Assembly: GCA_016839515.1 (NCBI GenBank)
Contig: JAEOUE010000031.1
Span: 1-58,446 of the forward strand
Length of the DNA: 58,446 nucleotides
Source: Candidatus Hodarchaeum mangrovi
Lineage (GTDB): Archaea > Asgardarchaeota > Heimdallarchaeia > Hodarchaeales > Hodarchaeaceae
Reading direction: 5' to 3'
The position numbers were made by a program, and so were the translations under genes. The notes under the pieces were generated by a model. The model was given only the letters and a program-made list of their open reading frames with translations, had not been told where the DNA came from and made no database searches. Shown one piece after another: positions 1 through 10,286 of the stretch. Within the stretch, counting starts at the first letter, position 1. Each line of letters starts with the position of its first letter.

Positions 1-108
1 CAACTTGAAGTTGATGGCCTTATTCTAGTACAATCGATTAAAAAAAATCAAAGAGTGATTAAAAGGATCGATGAGGATCAAAAATTCCTTACTATTGGTG
101 AAGACTAG
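1..108 (+). CDS. partial CDS (3' end), possibly winged-helix protein
   Basis: Frame-1 open reading QLEVDGLILVQSIKKNQRVIKRIDEDQKFLTIGED* running in from the window edge; LExDGLI is wHTH-like. Confidence 0.35.
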   Translation, partial: QLEVDGLILVQSIKKNQRVIKRIDEDQKFLTIGED

Positions 109-1048
109 ATTTCTCTATCCCTAACTCATCAAATAGTTTACAAACTGGACAAGGTATTTTATTTGAAATTTCTCCGCATTTACTGCATTTATCTAGTGGA
201 ATTGTCATTATTTCAGTATTAGGAAGTAAATCAAGGATTTTATCATGTAGATTTACAATATTAATCAACGTTTGGGATCTTTTTCTTTCCATTTCTGAAA
301 GAAATCCTCTAATGTCATTACGCATTGCAGAATAGGCATATGGACAAGGAAATGAATGATATTCTAGTAATTTAGCATGAGCATACAAGACTATTTCAGG
401 TTCAGATATCCTCACGAAAGGTCTTATACGAGGAATAAATTCTCTATGTTTCTGAATTGGGTTACGAGACAATCGAATGAATTTTTTGGAATCGCCTCGT
501 ACAATATTCAGTAGAATTGATTGTGCTTCATCATCTAGATTGTGTGCAGTAGCTATTTTAGATACTTTAATCCCTTTTCCTGCATGATCAATAGCTCTTC
601 GTCGTAATATTCCACACATCGCACATGCTGATAATGAAAAATTCTTTTGTTGACTAATATTTATTATTTGATCTAATGTAACACCGTATAAATCTTTAAA
701 TGATAAAATTATATGATTAATTTGATAATGCTTCGTAATTTTACGTGTTAAGTTCAAACATTTGTCTCTATATCCTTTAATACCTTCATCAATGGTGATA
801 GCTGTTAATTTAGAATCTGGATACTTCTTAAGAAAGCTAGAGAGAATATGAATCAAGACAACACTATCTTTTCCTCCTGAAAACCCAAGACCAATGTGAT
901 CTTCTTTTTCAAGCATGTTGTACTTAGTAATAGATTTTCTAACCCGTTTTTCAATCATTTCAATGAAATGATTTTTACATAATACCATTTGCGAATGGCT
1001 AGTTTTTGTAAAGGGTAAATTACTACAACAATGGCTAGAAGGTAACAT
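92..1048 (-). CDS. ttuA: tRNA 2-thiolation protein (TtuA/NcsA/Ncs6 family)
   Basis: PP-loop SGGKDS, CxxCGxxRR, TAHNLDD, CPY, N- and C-terminal Zn fingers. Confidence 0.9.
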   Translation of the reverse strand: MLPSSHCCSNLPFTKTSHSQMVLCKNHFIEMIEKRVRKSITKYNMLEKEDHIGLGFSGGKDSVVLIHILSSFLKKYPDSKLTAITIDEGIKGYRDKCLNLTRKITKHYQINHIILSFKDLYGVTLDQIINISQQKNFSLSACAMCGILRRRAIDHAGKGIKVSKIATAHNLDDEAQSILLNIVRGDSKKFIRLSRNPIQKHREFIPRIRPFVRISEPEIVLYAHAKLLEYHSFPCPYAYSAMRNDIRGFLSEMERKRSQTLINIVNLHDKILDLLPNTEIMTIPLDKCSKCGEISNKIPCPVCKLFDELGIEKSSLHQ

Positions 1049-1062
1049 TATTCAACATCTAT

Positions 1063-1350
1063 TTATTTTAAAAATTTACTCTTAGCTTTTACAACAAGAT
1101 TTGGACATTTCTGATCAGCAACATTGATCCCATGTAAAATAGCTTGGTCAACAATATTTTGAAGATCTATCTTGTTATAAGGAAATGATTCGACATAAAT
1201 TTCTATCCCCACCTCTATTTCACCTAGATCATTTTGTTCTATATCAATTGAAATAGAATCCTCATTCAAATTATTCTTTAATTCAGCTTCAATATAATTT
1301 TGAATTGCAGTAAAAATCAGATCAATAATTTCATCTAATTCGTCATCCAT
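1063..1350 (-). CDS. small acidic protein, DUF3194-like
   Basis: 95 aa acidic protein directly downstream of prefoldin beta, the usual position of DUF3194. Confidence 0.55.
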   Translation of the reverse strand: MDDELDEIIDLIFTAIQNYIEAELKNNLNEDSISIDIEQNDLGEIEVGIEIYVESFPYNKIDLQNIVDQAILHGINVADQKCPNLVVKAKSKFLK

Positions 1351-1385
1351 TACTTATTCCCCATTAAAATGAGGTAAAGATCGGA

Positions 1386-1745
1386 TTAGTTTGATGTTTT
1401 TGAACTTAATTGACTACTCAAACGAGCTTGAAGGTCTTCAAGTCTTTCTTTACTTTCAGTTTCTTGTTTTGATAACCTTTTTAGATTTAATTCGATTAAT
1501 TCAATACGATCAGTGAGTTCCTTCAAAGTTTCGGAAACTTTTTTAGGAAACATGACCGACCCAACAGATTTCCATACTTGCATTTCTGGATCCAACTTAG
1601 CAAGCTCTTTTTTTGTAAGATTATTTTCTTGTAATGTACGATTAAACTCTGCTTGTTGGATTCTAATGTTCTGAAGGGTTGCTTCAAGTTGCCGTAGCTT
1701 CATTAATTGCTCCTGTTGAGCTGCTGAAAGTTCTTTGAACGCCAT
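1386..1745 (-). CDS. pfdB: prefoldin subunit beta
   Basis: Coiled coil - VWKSVGSVMF hairpin - coiled coil; exosome superoperon context. Confidence 0.92.
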   Translation of the reverse strand: MAFKELSAAQQEQLMKLRQLEATLQNIRIQQAEFNRTLQENNLTKKELAKLDPEMQVWKSVGSVMFPKKVSETLKELTDRIELIELNLKRLSKQETESKERLEDLQARLSSQLSSKTSN

Positions 1746-1785
1746 TTTTCAAAATCCTCTATTTTTATACAAGCTTTTCATATAG

Positions 1786-2046
1786 TTAAGTTTCTTTTGA
1801 GATAGTTGTAAGAGTCCTATTTGAAACAGTTATCCAACGAAATAACGAATTCATTGATGCTTTTGCCGCGATTGGATCTTTAGCTTTAATTCTTACAATC
1901 AATTTGTTTTGATGTAGATCAATTAATACAACTGATCTTTCAAAACGATTTTCTTTAAGCTCAGGAGCTAAAGATTGAAAAACTATTTGAGCATGACTCT
2001 CTAATGAATAATGTAAGGTGAAAATGACTTTGTATGGCTTATCCAT
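1786..2046 (-). CDS. pcc1: KEOPS complex subunit Pcc1
   Basis: SLAPE...RS...I.A.D..A.KASMNS..RWI signature; context. Confidence 0.88.
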   Translation of the reverse strand: MDKPYKVIFTLHYSLESHAQIVFQSLAPELKENRFERSVVLIDLHQNKLIVRIKAKDPIAAKASMNSLFRWITVSNRTLTTISKET

Positions 2047-2052
2047 TGACGA

Positions 2053-2628
2053 TTATTCCTGATTTGTTTTACATATAGTTAATTGAAACAAAATATTATC
2101 CATATCGTTGACTAATAACCTTGCAACACACGAAATCACATTTTCAGAAAGTAATTTAAAATCTAAATACAAAGTTTTTTGTCGATTGTGGTTAAAAGTT
2201 TTATAAAAGTAGGAAAAGTATAATTCATCCAGAACATAATCCACAAATTCATTTGATTCAGCAACCATTCTGATTTTAATTCTTTGAATATTAATTCTTG
2301 TATCAGCCTTATGTCTTTGAAGATTGATGATATTATCCATCGTTATCATAAGAGCTGTTGGTTCGATTTTATCTTTTAGCTTGTAAACTGTTAATCGAAC
2401 CGTATCTTCTTTTTTTTGGCCTTCGATGATATAAATTCGTGGAATGCCATTGTTCCAGCAATAGGAAAAGAGCTGATTTAAATTATTTGAACCACGATTT
2501 TTTCGGATAGAACCAGGTAAAGAGTAGTTGAGAACTTTCGCAGTTCTTCTAAGAAAATGAGGGGGATTTCTTGATGTTGTAATCAAAACCCAATTTTTTA
2601 GGAATAACTCTGAGTCCATTGGTACCAA
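2053..2628 (-). CDS. Brix/Imp4-like ribosome biogenesis protein
   Basis: LITTSRNP...NRG motifs; lies between rpl37ae and pcc1. Confidence 0.8.
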   Translation of the reverse strand: MVPMDSELFLKNWVLITTSRNPPHFLRRTAKVLNYSLPGSIRKNRGSNNLNQLFSYCWNNGIPRIYIIEGQKKEDTVRLTVYKLKDKIEPTALMITMDNIINLQRHKADTRINIQRIKIRMVAESNEFVDYVLDELYFSYFYKTFNHNRQKTLYLDFKLLSENVISCVARLLVNDMDNILFQLTICKTNQE

Positions 2629-2642
2629 TTTGCTTTAAATGG

Positions 2643-2915
2643 TCATACTTCAGGGCCAGAAAGTCTTTTTGCCGTTCTTTGGGCAATTTTACCACCAGGT
2701 GTTTCTGGAGCCCACGAACCACCAGTAAAACGATAACCACAAAAAGAACATTCCCAAATTCCAATTGAGGCTCTTTTAACCTTAACGGATTCACATGATG
2801 GACATTTATGGGCAATGCGTAATGTTTCTTCAACTTTTCGAACTCTTTTTCTTATAGTGGCACCATATCTTGTCCCAAATCGGCCTGTAGAACCAACTTT
2901 TTTAGTTTTTCCCAT
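2643..2915 (-). CDS. rpl37ae: 50S ribosomal protein eL43 (L37Ae)
   Basis: TKKVGSTGRFGTRYG, CPSC...GIWECSFC Zn finger. Confidence 0.97.
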   Translation of the reverse strand: MGKTKKVGSTGRFGTRYGATIRKRVRKVEETLRIAHKCPSCESVKVKRASIGIWECSFCGYRFTGGSWAPETPGGKIAQRTAKRLSGPEV

Positions 2916-2969
2916 TTTATCATCAACTAATCGTTTTAAAGATACCTTGAAATTATTAACTTATAGAAA

Positions 2970-3815
2970 TCATTCAAACATTTCATGAAGTAAATCTTTT
3001 TTGGATGCCTCTTCAATTAACTGATGTATTTTTTTTGCTTGTGGTATTGAATGCTCAATTATTTGGGAAATTTCTTTTTCAGAAAAAACACCAGACTCTC
3101 CTTTCTGCATCGAACAAATCATACCATTGTCTTTAATGGCTAATGAGAATCGGGCTTCTTTACCACGGTCTTCCAGCAAGTTTGGGTCATATAATATATT
3201 CTCATTAATTTTAACATAGGTTAAACTTGAAACTGTCCCGTTTCGTGGTAAATACTCTTTTTCTTCCAATAGAGAAACTTCACCATTTTCATCATCAATT
3301 TCAATCTTATTTATTTTTGTATTAGCTAATGCTGCCATAGCTGCTAAAGATGAGGAATCAAATAGATTCCCTCCATCATCAAGTATGTAAACATCTACAA
3401 ATATAACCCAAACCCATTTTCCAGGAATTATACAGATTTTTGGATCCTTTATTGGTATGACATTGCTCTCACGTATGCCCCGATCGACCACTCTTGCAAG
3501 TTCAATGGCATCGGGACCAGGGGGACCACTTTCTTGTGTTGGAGATGAAATAGGAGACATTTCAGCATTCACTGTTATAACTCCATCATTTGGAGTGTCT
3601 GGAAATGGAGCCCCTATACTTGTTTTAACTCCTGCTAATACAATTGTATCTCCCCATTTAACCATTGCTGAACCTTCAGCCTTTTTTATAACATTTGGAA
3701 TGATTTCTATGGGTCTAGACTCAAAAAATCCACGTCCATCCATTCGATTTCTTTTTGAAAGTAAATCTAAAAGATATTTTCGCTCTAAACTACCAATAAT
3801 TTCTTCTGATCGCAT
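2970..3815 (-). CDS. rrp42: exosome complex component Rrp42
   Basis: RNase PH fold, RMDGR, AEGSA, PFPDTP, DDGGNLFD. Confidence 0.95.
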   Translation of the reverse strand: MRSEEIIGSLERKYLLDLLSKRNRMDGRGFFESRPIEIIPNVIKKAEGSAMVKWGDTIVLAGVKTSIGAPFPDTPNDGVITVNAEMSPISSPTQESGPPGPDAIELARVVDRGIRESNVIPIKDPKICIIPGKWVWVIFVDVYILDDGGNLFDSSSLAAMAALANTKINKIEIDDENGEVSLLEEKEYLPRNGTVSSLTYVKINENILYDPNLLEDRGKEARFSLAIKDNGMICSMQKGESGVFSEKEISQIIEHSIPQAKKIHQLIEEASKKDLLHEMFE

Positions 3816-3825
3816 TTTTTTCTAC

Positions 3826-4593
3826 CTACTCTTCCTCGTCTTCTGAAATCTCTTCAATTACTTCTTCTATTGTAGAGTATTTAGCCAAGAGTGCTTCTCG
3901 TTGAATCACATAAATTTTCTTTATAGCTTCCTTAGCTAATCTTATTCCTTCTTTAACCTCATCAGGATGTAGCTGTCCATCGCATTGAAGCAATGTAATA
4001 TCTTCAGAATTACTTATAATAGCAAAAGGCATATCCCCTTCTCCTTCCTTATCTTCAATGTCAGATAGATCAACAACAATTTTTCCACCAATCTTCCCTA
4101 CTGCACATCCAGTAACCATTCCTCTCATTGGGATCCCAGCATCTGCCAGAGCTAATGAAGCTGCAGTTATTGCTGCGCATCTTGTTCCTCCATCTGCATC
4201 TAATACTGTAACAAAAACATCTATTGTACCATTAGGAAATTTTTCTAGAAAGAGGATGGCATCTAATGATTCTTTAATCAGTTTACTAAGTTCATATTCA
4301 CGACGTTTAGGAGCAGGGCTTTTCCTCTCATCCACTGAAAATGTTGCTAATCGATATTCCACTCGAACTATGGCTTTGTCAGGTTGAGCTAAATGTTTTG
4401 GATGTAATTCTCGCGGACCATAAACAGCACAAAGAATTTTATTATTACCCCATTTTAAATAACTACTTCCATCTGCTCTTTTTAGAACTCCTGTTTTCAT
4501 TGAAATTGGTCTTAATTCATATAAATCCCTACCATCTAACCGTTTACCGTCTTCTCTGAGAAGTGATTTTGTTTCTTGATTCATATTATTCAC
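3826..4593 (-). CDS. rrp41: exosome complex exonuclease Rrp41
   Basis: RLDGR, ADGSSY, VYGPRE, DADGGTR. Confidence 0.96.
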   Translation of the reverse strand: MNNMNQETKSLLREDGKRLDGRDLYELRPISMKTGVLKRADGSSYLKWGNNKILCAVYGPRELHPKHLAQPDKAIVRVEYRLATFSVDERKSPAPKRREYELSKLIKESLDAILFLEKFPNGTIDVFVTVLDADGGTRCAAITAASLALADAGIPMRGMVTGCAVGKIGGKIVVDLSDIEDKEGEGDMPFAIISNSEDITLLQCDGQLHPDEVKEGIRLAKEAIKKIYVIQREALLAKYSTIEEVIEEISEDEEE

Positions 4594-5329
4594 CTTTATT
4601 TTTTATCCTTACTTTCTCTTCTTCTAAAAATTCACGAATCCTATCAGTTAATCCACTTGTATGAGCTTCAAACTCGATCTTTCGGATAGCACGAATAACT
4701 AAATCCTCTATATCAAAATTATCAGCGTTTACAACTATCCGACCATTTTGACCTACTATAATATGAGAATTGGTCATATTTTTTAATAATTGAATCATAC
4801 TACCTTTTTTACCAATAATTCGAGGAATTTTGACAGGATCGACTTCAATTAACCGCCCACTATCTATTTTTCTGAGACCACGTCCATGAAGCGAGAGAAC
4901 TGGATCTCTAGTTCTATCAAAATTAGTAATTTGAGCCTTAATTATGTCTCCAACATTTAAAATCCTTTCCAAGCTATCCCGTGTAGAATCGAAATCTCTA
5001 TCCAGAACATTATTAACTCTAAGATTACCTACATAAGGTCCTCTAATATCAACGGTCCATGAAGTAAAACCAACTCTTGTAATCATTCCTATAACTATAT
5101 CACCTTCTAATGGTACATAACATCCTTCTAAAGGAACTACACCAATAAAATTCTTTCGAATATTTACAAGACCGATCATAAGTGCATAGACTTCATGAAT
5201 ATCTCCCTTTTTTTTCCTATAAACACCCCCACCTGGTTTAATTCCTGATCCTCTTGCCAGTAAATCACCAGGGATTACTAATTGATTTCTGTTAACTAAT
5301 ATTTCCATTTTTTTCACTTCATAATTCAA
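4586..5329 (-). CDS. rrp4: exosome RNA-binding protein Rrp4 (true start probably 5308)
   Basis: VIPGD, S1 domain, KH IPRIIGKKGSMI, VGQNG, AHTSGLTDRI. Confidence 0.95.
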   Translation of the reverse strand: MNYEVKKMEILVNRNQLVIPGDLLARGSGIKPGGGVYRKKKGDIHEVYALMIGLVNIRKNFIGVVPLEGCYVPLEGDIVIGMITRVGFTSWTVDIRGPYVGNLRVNNVLDRDFDSTRDSLERILNVGDIIKAQITNFDRTRDPVLSLHGRGLRKIDSGRLIEVDPVKIPRIIGKKGSMIQLLKNMTNSHIIVGQNGRIVVNADNFDIEDLVIRAIRKIEFEAHTSGLTDRIREFLEEEKVRIKNKGE

Positions 5330-5353
5330 AGAATATTAATATTCAACACTAAA

Positions 5354-6088
5354 TTAAAGACGAATTCGTTCTAAGATTTTTATTTCAGCATGTCCTTTTG
5401 TCATTGATTGGACATGATCAATAAATTCACCTTGTAATCCCGCTGCGATAGAAACAACTGCAATCCAATGGCCATCATTTTGCCATTCATCCTTTTCAAT
5501 ATCAGCAGTTCGTTTCACTTCTCCATAAGCCTTACCTGTAAATTCAGGAGGTATTTTTACCGCCATTTTCACAGTTTCCATACTTATCGGAATAATCCGT
5601 CGTAATTCTTTAATAATATCTTTTAATTGGCTTTCTGCGGATATTGCGGGGTTTATCATTACTTTAGCTTCTTTCATAGCGTTTTCGATCCTCGTTGCTG
5701 GATGTGGTGTCCGAGTTTGAGGATTTATACAGGTTTTAACTAACATGTTTATAATTTGTTTTCTCTTCTTTTCAAAGAATTCTTGCCTCTGTTCTGCGGT
5801 TAAATTAAGCTCTCCCTTTTCTAGGATGATTTTTGCCACATCTAATGTGTCTTTAGTTTCAAAACAAGTAATAAGAAGCTCATCAGGTGCTTTCTCTCCT
5901 TTGTTGGCGTTTTGAAATATCTCATCTGTTTCTAATATTTCATTTATACTAATTGAATCTTCCAAAAGATTCATTTTGTATTTCAGTGCCAATTCAGGAT
6001 TAACGATGATTTCAAATCTATTTCCTTGAACTTTTGCTCTAATAACGGACTTTCCTGTTAAATCAACCCTTCTTGTATCCCGTAACAT
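5354..6088 (-). CDS. ribosome maturation factor SBDS
   Basis: RFEI, INPQTRTPHPATRIENAM; context between psmA and rrp4. Confidence 0.95.
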   Translation of the reverse strand: MLRDTRRVDLTGKSVIRAKVQGNRFEIIVNPELALKYKMNLLEDSISINEILETDEIFQNANKGEKAPDELLITCFETKDTLDVAKIILEKGELNLTAEQRQEFFEKKRKQIINMLVKTCINPQTRTPHPATRIENAMKEAKVMINPAISAESQLKDIIKELRRIIPISMETVKMAVKIPPEFTGKAYGEVKRTADIEKDEWQNDGHWIAVVSIAAGLQGEFIDHVQSMTKGHAEIKILERIRL

Positions 6089-6099
6089 AAAATCGTCTC

Positions 6100-6822
6100 C
6101 TATAAGTTCTTAATATAAGTATCAATTGTTTTTCTATCAAGATATTCGAGAGAACGTTTTTCAGTTGTGATAATTGCAATTTCAATCATATCTCCATCCA
6201 AAGGCTCTTCTGAGACTTGGTTTAAAGCTTTTAAAGCTAATTTATTTCCTTCTTCCATGGTTTTAAACGTCTCGGGATATTCTCCTTCCAAAAATTCAAT
6301 GATAGCAGGTGCCCCCGAACCAATTGCTATTGCACGATAGCCCCAGTAACTACCGCTTGGTTCAGTCATATAAAGTTGAGGCCCTGATACTTCATCACAG
6401 CCTGCTATTAATAATGAGACTCCAAAAGGTCGAACACCTGCATGCTGTGTATAAATTTGTTTTACATTTGATATTTGCCGAGTAAGCGCTTCAACTGTAA
6501 TAGCTTCTTTATATGTAATTCTGTGAATTTGAGCTTGGATACGCGCTTGATTGATTAATATACGCGCATCCGCCGTTAAACCAGCAATTGCTGCAGCTAT
6601 GTGGTCATCAACAGCATAAATCTTTTTTACCATTTCTTTTTCAACTAGAGAAGTATGTAATCGCTTTTGAACAGCCAAGCAACATCCTTCAGCAGTTTTA
6701 ATTCCGATCGCAGTTGTACCACGTTTAACCGCTTCGATTGCATATTCAACTTGAAATAATCTTCCATCTGGACTAAAAATTGTACTCCCTCTATCATAAC
6801 CTAAACCCTTAGGTGCAAACAA
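6100..6822 (-). CDS. psmA: proteasome subunit alpha
   Basis: YDRGSTIFSPDGRLFQVEYA, RPFGVSLL; TTG start with GGTGG RBS. Confidence 0.97.
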   Translation of the reverse strand: MFAPKGLGYDRGSTIFSPDGRLFQVEYAIEAVKRGTTAIGIKTAEGCCLAVQKRLHTSLVEKEMVKKIYAVDDHIAAAIAGLTADARILINQARIQAQIHRITYKEAITVEALTRQISNVKQIYTQHAGVRPFGVSLLIAGCDEVSGPQLYMTEPSGSYWGYRAIAIGSGAPAIIEFLEGEYPETFKTMEEGNKLALKALNQVSEEPLDGDMIEIAIITTEKRSLEYLDRKTIDTYIKNL

Positions 6823-7212
6823 TTTTATACCACCGTATTATTATCTTTATTCTATCAGTACTTTCATTTACTACTCTTTTAAATCGAATTTATAACGATT
6901 TATTGATGAATGCCTTTGTTTTTTAAATAGAAATAAAAGTAGGATATTCTTTTAATGAGATAAAAGATTAAATGAGAAAGAAAAATGAAGTAAAAAAGAG
7001 TTTTATTTTGAGTTTGATAGGAATACATACTATTTAATACTCGATTAAGGAAAAATATATATCTTAATTGACTGCTTAAAACTCTGATATAATTCTTTAT
7101 CAAACTTATAGTTTTTCCCAAAAAATAAAAAACAACAAAATTCTAGCAGTTTGCAAATAGAATTCACCCAGATCACTTTTTTGATCAGTGGATAATAGAA
7201 AAATGGTGCAAA

Positions 7213-7650
7213 ATGATGTCTTATGAACCAAAGAAAGTGGGTAGTCTGAAAGAAGGCCGTTATATGATTGACCCAGATTCAAATGAACCATGTAAGGTAA
7301 TTTCAATCGATAAGAGTAAACCAGGAAAACATGGGGCAGCAAAAGCGCGAATAATGATGGTAGGTTTATTTGATAACCAAAAAAGGCAATTTATTTCACC
7401 TGTTGACAAACGAATTAATGTTCCCATCATTGAAAAAAAAACAGGGCAGGTGACTAATATTGATCCGAGTGGTTTCGTTCAGGTCATGGATAATGAGACT
7501 TATGGTATGTTTGAAGCAGAACCTCCCTCTGAAGATGAATTGAAATCTAAATTAACTGCATTGTTTGAAGAAGGGAAAACAGTAGAAATAGAGTACTGGG
7601 TTGTTATGGATAGAATAAAGATCATCCAGGTACGTGAAATGGACGTTTAG
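7213..7650 (+). CDS. eif5a: translation factor aIF5A
   Basis: Hypusine motif SKPGKHGAAKAR. Confidence 0.96.
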   Translation: MMSYEPKKVGSLKEGRYMIDPDSNEPCKVISIDKSKPGKHGAAKARIMMVGLFDNQKRQFISPVDKRINVPIIEKKTGQVTNIDPSGFVQVMDNETYGMFEAEPPSEDELKSKLTALFEEGKTVEIEYWVVMDRIKIIQVREMDV

Positions 7651-7674
7651 ATCAGCTGATATGTTAGGTGTAAA

Positions 7675-8535
7675 TTGGTGAAAGTATCCAGAATAGGTAT
7701 TTTCAGCCATGTTCTCTTTCAAGAAACAATTGGTATTTTCAATGAAATTTTATCAGCTAAAGGAACATCATCGATCTCTTATTATTTAAATCCCGAATTA
7801 TATGATTTCATTTTAAAATCAACCCCAAAATTACCAGAACAAGTTCATCGCGTTACTCTTGAAGAAATGAAAGTTGACTGTCTCATAACGATTGGCGGGG
7901 ATGGAACTATATTACGTGCAGCTCGGTCTCGTCCTGATATCCCGATATTATCAATCAATAAAGGGAGAAAAGGCTTTATGACCGAAATAGAATCTGATGA
8001 AATTCAGAAAAACCTAAAATCATTTTTTAATAACAAATTTAAATTAGAAAAACATCAGAGAGTGGAAGCTTTTCTAAATGGAGTTAGTATTGGTTCAGCT
8101 ATTAATGAAATTGTTATTACATCTGTAGATCTTTTAAAACCAATTGAATTTAAAGTTTTAATTGATGATATGGTTACCTCTGGTACTTTAGCGGATGGTT
8201 TAATTATCTCAACTGCTCTTGGTTCCACTGGGCATGCACTATCCAGCGGGGGGCCAATAGTAGATCCTGCCTTAGGTATTATCGAACTTTCTTGGATAAA
8301 TCCCATAAATTTAGCAATACGCCCAGTAATTCTTGCACATTTTCGAAGAATAGCAGTACGTTGTGCTACCCGCGTAAATCTAATAAAAATCGTAATTGAT
8401 GGTCAAGTTTCCCAAGATTTCACCACTCCAATAGAATTAGAATTTTTTCTATCTGATAAAACTGTAAGCTTTTATCGATCCCAGAAATTCATGAAAAGAT
8501 GGAGACAGCATATCCATCCAGAAATAAGGGATTAA
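7675..8535 (+). CDS. nadK: NAD kinase
   Basis: GGDGT, NE, DGLIISTALGSTGHALSSGGP. Confidence 0.92.
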   Translation: MVKVSRIGIFSHVLFQETIGIFNEILSAKGTSSISYYLNPELYDFILKSTPKLPEQVHRVTLEEMKVDCLITIGGDGTILRAARSRPDIPILSINKGRKGFMTEIESDEIQKNLKSFFNNKFKLEKHQRVEAFLNGVSIGSAINEIVITSVDLLKPIEFKVLIDDMVTSGTLADGLIISTALGSTGHALSSGGPIVDPALGIIELSWINPINLAIRPVILAHFRRIAVRCATRVNLIKIVIDGQVSQDFTTPIELEFFLSDKTVSFYRSQKFMKRWRQHIHPEIRD

Positions 8536-8536
8536 T

Positions 8537-9058
8537 TTGAATGATTACAAAAAAAAATATGTTCTAGATGCAACAGTATTTATTGGATATGATTTTCAAT
8601 TGCTACAAAAACTAGAAAACTCTCAATTCTATACCACTCCCAGTATTTTAAATGAATTAAAAGACTTTAAATCAAGAATGAACTTTAAAGTTTTACAAGA
8701 AACTAAAAAAATTATAATATCTCATCCAGATTATAAGGATTTGATATTAACACAAAAAAAAATTGAAAAAATTGATCCAAATACCTTATTATCTTCTTCA
8801 GACATTGAAATATTAGCTTTATCATGGAGGATTGGAGCAACTTTAATAACTAATGATTATAGATTACAAAATCTAGCTATTCTTCTAAACACTGCAATTG
8901 ATAATTTATCGGGTAAAAAAATTACAAAAACAGTGAAATGGTACTTAAAATGTAAAAATTGTGGACAAATAGAAAAAAATAATATTGATTCTTGTTCTAA
9001 TTGTAATGGAAAACTGAAAAAAATTAAGTATTATGTAGATGAAATTAAAAGTAAATAA
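8537..9058 (+). CDS. nob1: Nob1-like PIN endonuclease with Zn ribbon
   Basis: VLDAT, LSSSD..ILALS, TNDY..QN, CxxC...CxxC. Confidence 0.88.
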   Translation: MNDYKKKYVLDATVFIGYDFQLLQKLENSQFYTTPSILNELKDFKSRMNFKVLQETKKIIISHPDYKDLILTQKKIEKIDPNTLLSSSDIEILALSWRIGATLITNDYRLQNLAILLNTAIDNLSGKKITKTVKWYLKCKNCGQIEKNNIDSCSNCNGKLKKIKYYVDEIKSK

Positions 9059-9117
9059 CCATAAAAATTCAAACCAAAATAGAATGAAACGAGATTATTT
9101 TTCATGAGGACTGTTTT

Positions 9118-9318
9118 ATGCCTGAGGAATTGAAAACAAAGGAAGAATTTATGGCTACACTTGGTTTAGCCTCCATCTGTTACGTTAAAAGAGTTAAAAA
9201 CTCTGAAACTGTAAAATTAAAACTTCGTACAAAAAAAAGACTCTATACCTTTAAAACTTCTCCTAAAGAGGCAAATGAGATCGTCCAAAGTCTGAATATC
9301 CCAGTAGAAGAGCTATAA
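9118..9318 (+). CDS. rpl38e: ribosomal protein eL38
   Basis: MP..L....EF and VKLKLRTKKRLYT, matching eL38 KFKVRCSRYLYT. Confidence 0.85.
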   Translation: MPEELKTKEEFMATLGLASICYVKRVKNSETVKLKLRTKKRLYTFKTSPKEANEIVQSLNIPVEEL

Positions 9319-9378
9319 CTCGTACTTAAAACTATTGGGGCAATGACTAATGCGAAAGTCGAAAAATTAAGGGACCAT

Positions 9379-9657
9379 TTAGTCCTTGGAAGAATCTGTT
9401 GTGATTGTCTCGAGAAGAGATAAAACATTCCATATAGTTGTTCGTGCGAAAAGAGGACAGTTTGGATCTTGGCTGATTTCATCTAAGATGGAAATAGCAA
9501 GGTTTGCTCTGACTTCAGGGGGGTCATCATCTTGGCTATTCTTACCAATGATTGCCATGTAGGCTTCTTTAGCTGCACGTCTAATATTTTTAGGTACAGA
9601 GTGATCATTCGAGATTTGTTGTAAAAGCATTTTTGAATTTTCTATTTTATCTTCCAT
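9379..9657 (-). CDS. UPF0147 family protein
   Basis: D.SVPKNIRRAA...AISILDEISQDPNCP..ART.IW. Confidence 0.9.
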   Translation of the reverse strand: MEDKIENSKMLLQQISNDHSVPKNIRRAAKEAYMAIIGKNSQDDDPPEVRANLAISILDEISQDPNCPLFARTTIWNVLSLLETITTDSSKD

Positions 9658-10286
9658 TTTACTTCCACCACGCTTTATACTTCTCTGGAAAAGGTTAGAA
9701 CGTCTTTTATATCAGATTATTTGAGATTAAGGATTAAATTCTCGAATCAAGCTCTCTTTTTAGCACTTGAAAGATTTTTGTATAATTTAGATAAATCTTG
9801 CTCTTTGATTAAATTATAGTTTCTGAAAAGTCTATTTTGAAAAGCAGAGAGAATGAAAGAGCGTCTATTTTCTAATAAAATTATTTAATAATCAATAATT
9901 ACAATAGAAAACAGCATACAAAACAAAAATTAGGTTATATTTAAGAAATCCTTTTGTTGGGTTTAATTAAAAAATAAACTAAGTTGAATTAAATAGAATT
10001 TTATCGAAAATGATTTTATTCAGCCTTTTTGTAAGAAAATTTGAGACTCTTATCTAAAATTTAGGTGAAAAGAACAGCTTCCTTTATGATTATTATAAGG
10101 AGAACAAAAATTAATGCCATTCTTCAATTTATTTTCTTTATTAACTAATTATTTAATTAAAAGAAATACCCTAAATATCTTCTCTTATGATTATGGTAAA
10201 GGATTCGGATAGAAAATAGTATAAATACCGATAAGATGGGAGAACTAATTGAAGCTAAAACTCCTTAAAGGGTACAGTTTGGAGCA

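Noticed and set aside
2549-4559. Shadow ORFs (2549-2833, 3457-3846, 4058-4387, 4341-4559) and similar short overlapping ORFs throughout the window
   Set aside because: Overlap well-supported genes in other frames or strands and show no protein motifs
10183-10236. C/D-like pattern ATGATTA...CGGA...CCGA with TCTTA/TAAGA stem
   Set aside because: All boxes degenerate, no C' box, and it contains TATAAATA, more likely the promoter of the downstream operon
9658-10286. Long AT-rich intergenic region as a replication origin
   Set aside because: No ORB-like repeats and no adjacent orc1/cdc6
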